This document shows, piece after piece, positions 62,180 to 64,000 of a DNA stretch of 64,000 nucleotides (its first letter is position 1; every line of letters starts with the position of its first letter). The DNA is taken from contig NC_135886.1 of assembly GCF_964194155.1 (NCBI RefSeq), forward strand, positions 81,902,001-81,966,000. The letters run 5' to 3'. The notes below the pieces were generated by a model. That model had not been told where the DNA came from and ran no database searches. It saw only the letters and a program-made list of their open reading frames with translations. This DNA is from Cetorhinus maximus. Taxonomy: Eukaryota. The position numbers and the translations under genes are program-made.

Positions 62180-64000
62180 TGTGAAAGGGAAATCATGTTC
62201 AGCCAATTTATTGGAGTTCTTTGAAGGAGTAACATGTACTGTGATAAAGAGGACCCTGTAGATGTGCTATACTTGGATTTCCAGAAGGCATTCGATAAGT
62301 TGCCATATCAAAGGTTATTGCGGAAAATAAAAGCTCATGGAGTAGTAGGTAACATATTAGCATGAATAGAAGATTGGCTGGCTGGCAGAAGAACAGAGTA
62401 TGCATAAATGATTGGCAGGATGTGATGAGTGGAGTCCCACAGGGGTTTGTGCTGGGGCCTCAACTTTTTACAATTTATATAGCGACTTAGATGAGGTGTC
62501 AGGAAGATATAATAATCTTCATAATGGTATTGGAATTTATTGTAAAGTAGAGTAATAGTGGGGTCTGTGTATGTAGGTCTATGTGTGTGTGTTGAATTAA
62601 AGGCAGCTGGTCTGAAGGCTTTGATGTAACAGAAGATAAGCTAGGTTTGAAATGTTAAGTAGGTAAACATGGGGGAAGTTTTAGGATGCAAGGTGTAAAG
62701 GGAACAATTGCATTTTTGAATAAAGCAGACTAGATTGAATTCAAAAGAGGGAGTGAAATGTTACACTTAGCCAGGAGAAATTAAGAAACAGTGTGTTTAT
62801 TTTTCTCAAAGATTATGGGTAAATTTGGTACTATGATAGATTTAATATTAGAGGGGTAAAAGTCCAAAGACATAGTGAAACAATGGGAATTTGCATTCAA
62901 AGGGGAAAATATGTATAAAGGAACGAAGGTTGTGTGTAAAAGCAGGCACTCTAAGATCTAAAACAAGTGTGAAAAGCCTACAGCATCTAAGCCTCTAGCT
63001 ACTGTCTACAGAGAACTGAAGTTAAGAAAACTCACTTTGAATTCGACTGTTTCAGGGTATTGTGTGTTACTTTGCTTTTTAAAATCTATGTGCCGTACTG
63101 TTGCCTTAACAAAAGTGTAACTGGGAGTTAGATTAACTAGGGGATTTAGAAGTTATAGTAGTAATTTGTAGATCTGTGTATGTGCTTGAAATCATTTCTT
63201 CTATTAATAAAGGTTTAATTTAGTTTTGTAAGAAACCTATAAGACTTTGTGGCTGCCTTTTACTGAATTCAAAGTCTGCATCTTGAAATAAATACAAATT
63301 ACAAAAATAGTTGTGGCAGCTGCTTCAAGTTTCCCTCTGGGGTTTGGGAAGTTAGGCATTTAACATCTGCCTGCCATAACCTGAGAGGAGTGAACATATA
63401 ATAGCAAAATTTGCAGATGATACAAAGAAAGGTAGGAAAGTATGTTGTGGAGAGGACATAAGGAAGGTGCAGGCAGATAGAGATAGGTTGAGTAAGTGGG
63501 CAAAAATCTGGCAGATGGAGTATAGTATGGGAATTTGAAGTTGTTCACTTTGTCAGGAAGACTAAAAAAACAGAGTATTACTTAAACGGAGAATAGCTAC
63601 AGAAATCCGGGAGCAGAGGGAATTAGGTCTTCTAGTGCATGAGTCACGAAAAGTTAGTATGTAGGTACTACATGTAATTAAGAAAGCTGATGGAATGCTA
63701 TCCTTTATTACAAGAGGAATTCAACATAAAAATAAGGATGTTTTGCTTCAGTTATACAGGGCATTGGCAAGACTACCTCTCGAACATTATGTGCAGTTTT
63801 GGTCTCCTTATTTAAGAAAGGATGTAAATGTGTTGGAGGCGATTCAGAAGAGGTTTACTAGATTAATACCTGGAATGAGCGGGTTGACTTATGAGGAAAG
63901 GTTAGACAGACTGGGCTTGTTTCCACTGAAGCTTAGAAGAGTGAGGGGTGACTTGATTGAAGTACATAAGATTCTGAATGGTATTGACAAGTGGATGTGA
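62180..64000 (+). mobile_element. CR1 LINE RT region (same subfamily as 8678-10050), split by an LTR, runs off the window edge
   Basis: ORF 63695-64000 LLQLYRALARLPLEHYVQFWSPY..IQKRFTRLIPG, and aaatttgcagatgataca (KFADDT). Confidence 0.92.
62497..63381 (+). mobile_element. Solo LTR inserted in CR1
   Basis: TGTCA...CATAACC with 5-bp TSD TGAGG/TGAGA. The CR1 reading resumes exactly across it. Confidence 0.78.

Overview
Vertebrate genomic DNA, most likely a shark or other cartilaginous fish (inferred from its repeat families). It holds a head-to-head gene pair around a small CpG-rich promoter at ~6.3 kb. On the minus strand are the first three coding exons of CSTF2 (CstF-64 RRM). On the plus strand is a complete TRMT12/TYW2 gene with 7 coding exons, 474 aa, and consistent splice phases throughout. 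A second promoter-like CpG patch with a splice donor at ~46.5 kb may start an unidentified gene. The rest is mostly transposable elements: CR1 LINEs, a LINE with a tRNA-like 5' head and its derivative SINE, DeuSINE-like SINEs, solo LTRs, a near full-length decayed PIF/Harbinger transposon with its MITEs, and two Penelope-like families carrying minimal hammerhead-ribozyme motifs in inverted arrangements. The most notable items are the hammerheads, the tRNA-headed ORF1-less LINE/SINE pair, a ~250 bp inverted duplication inside the Harbinger element, and the intron-containing TRMT12 next to CSTF2. I see no clearly new biological system. Repeat family assignments were made by eye and need database confirmation.
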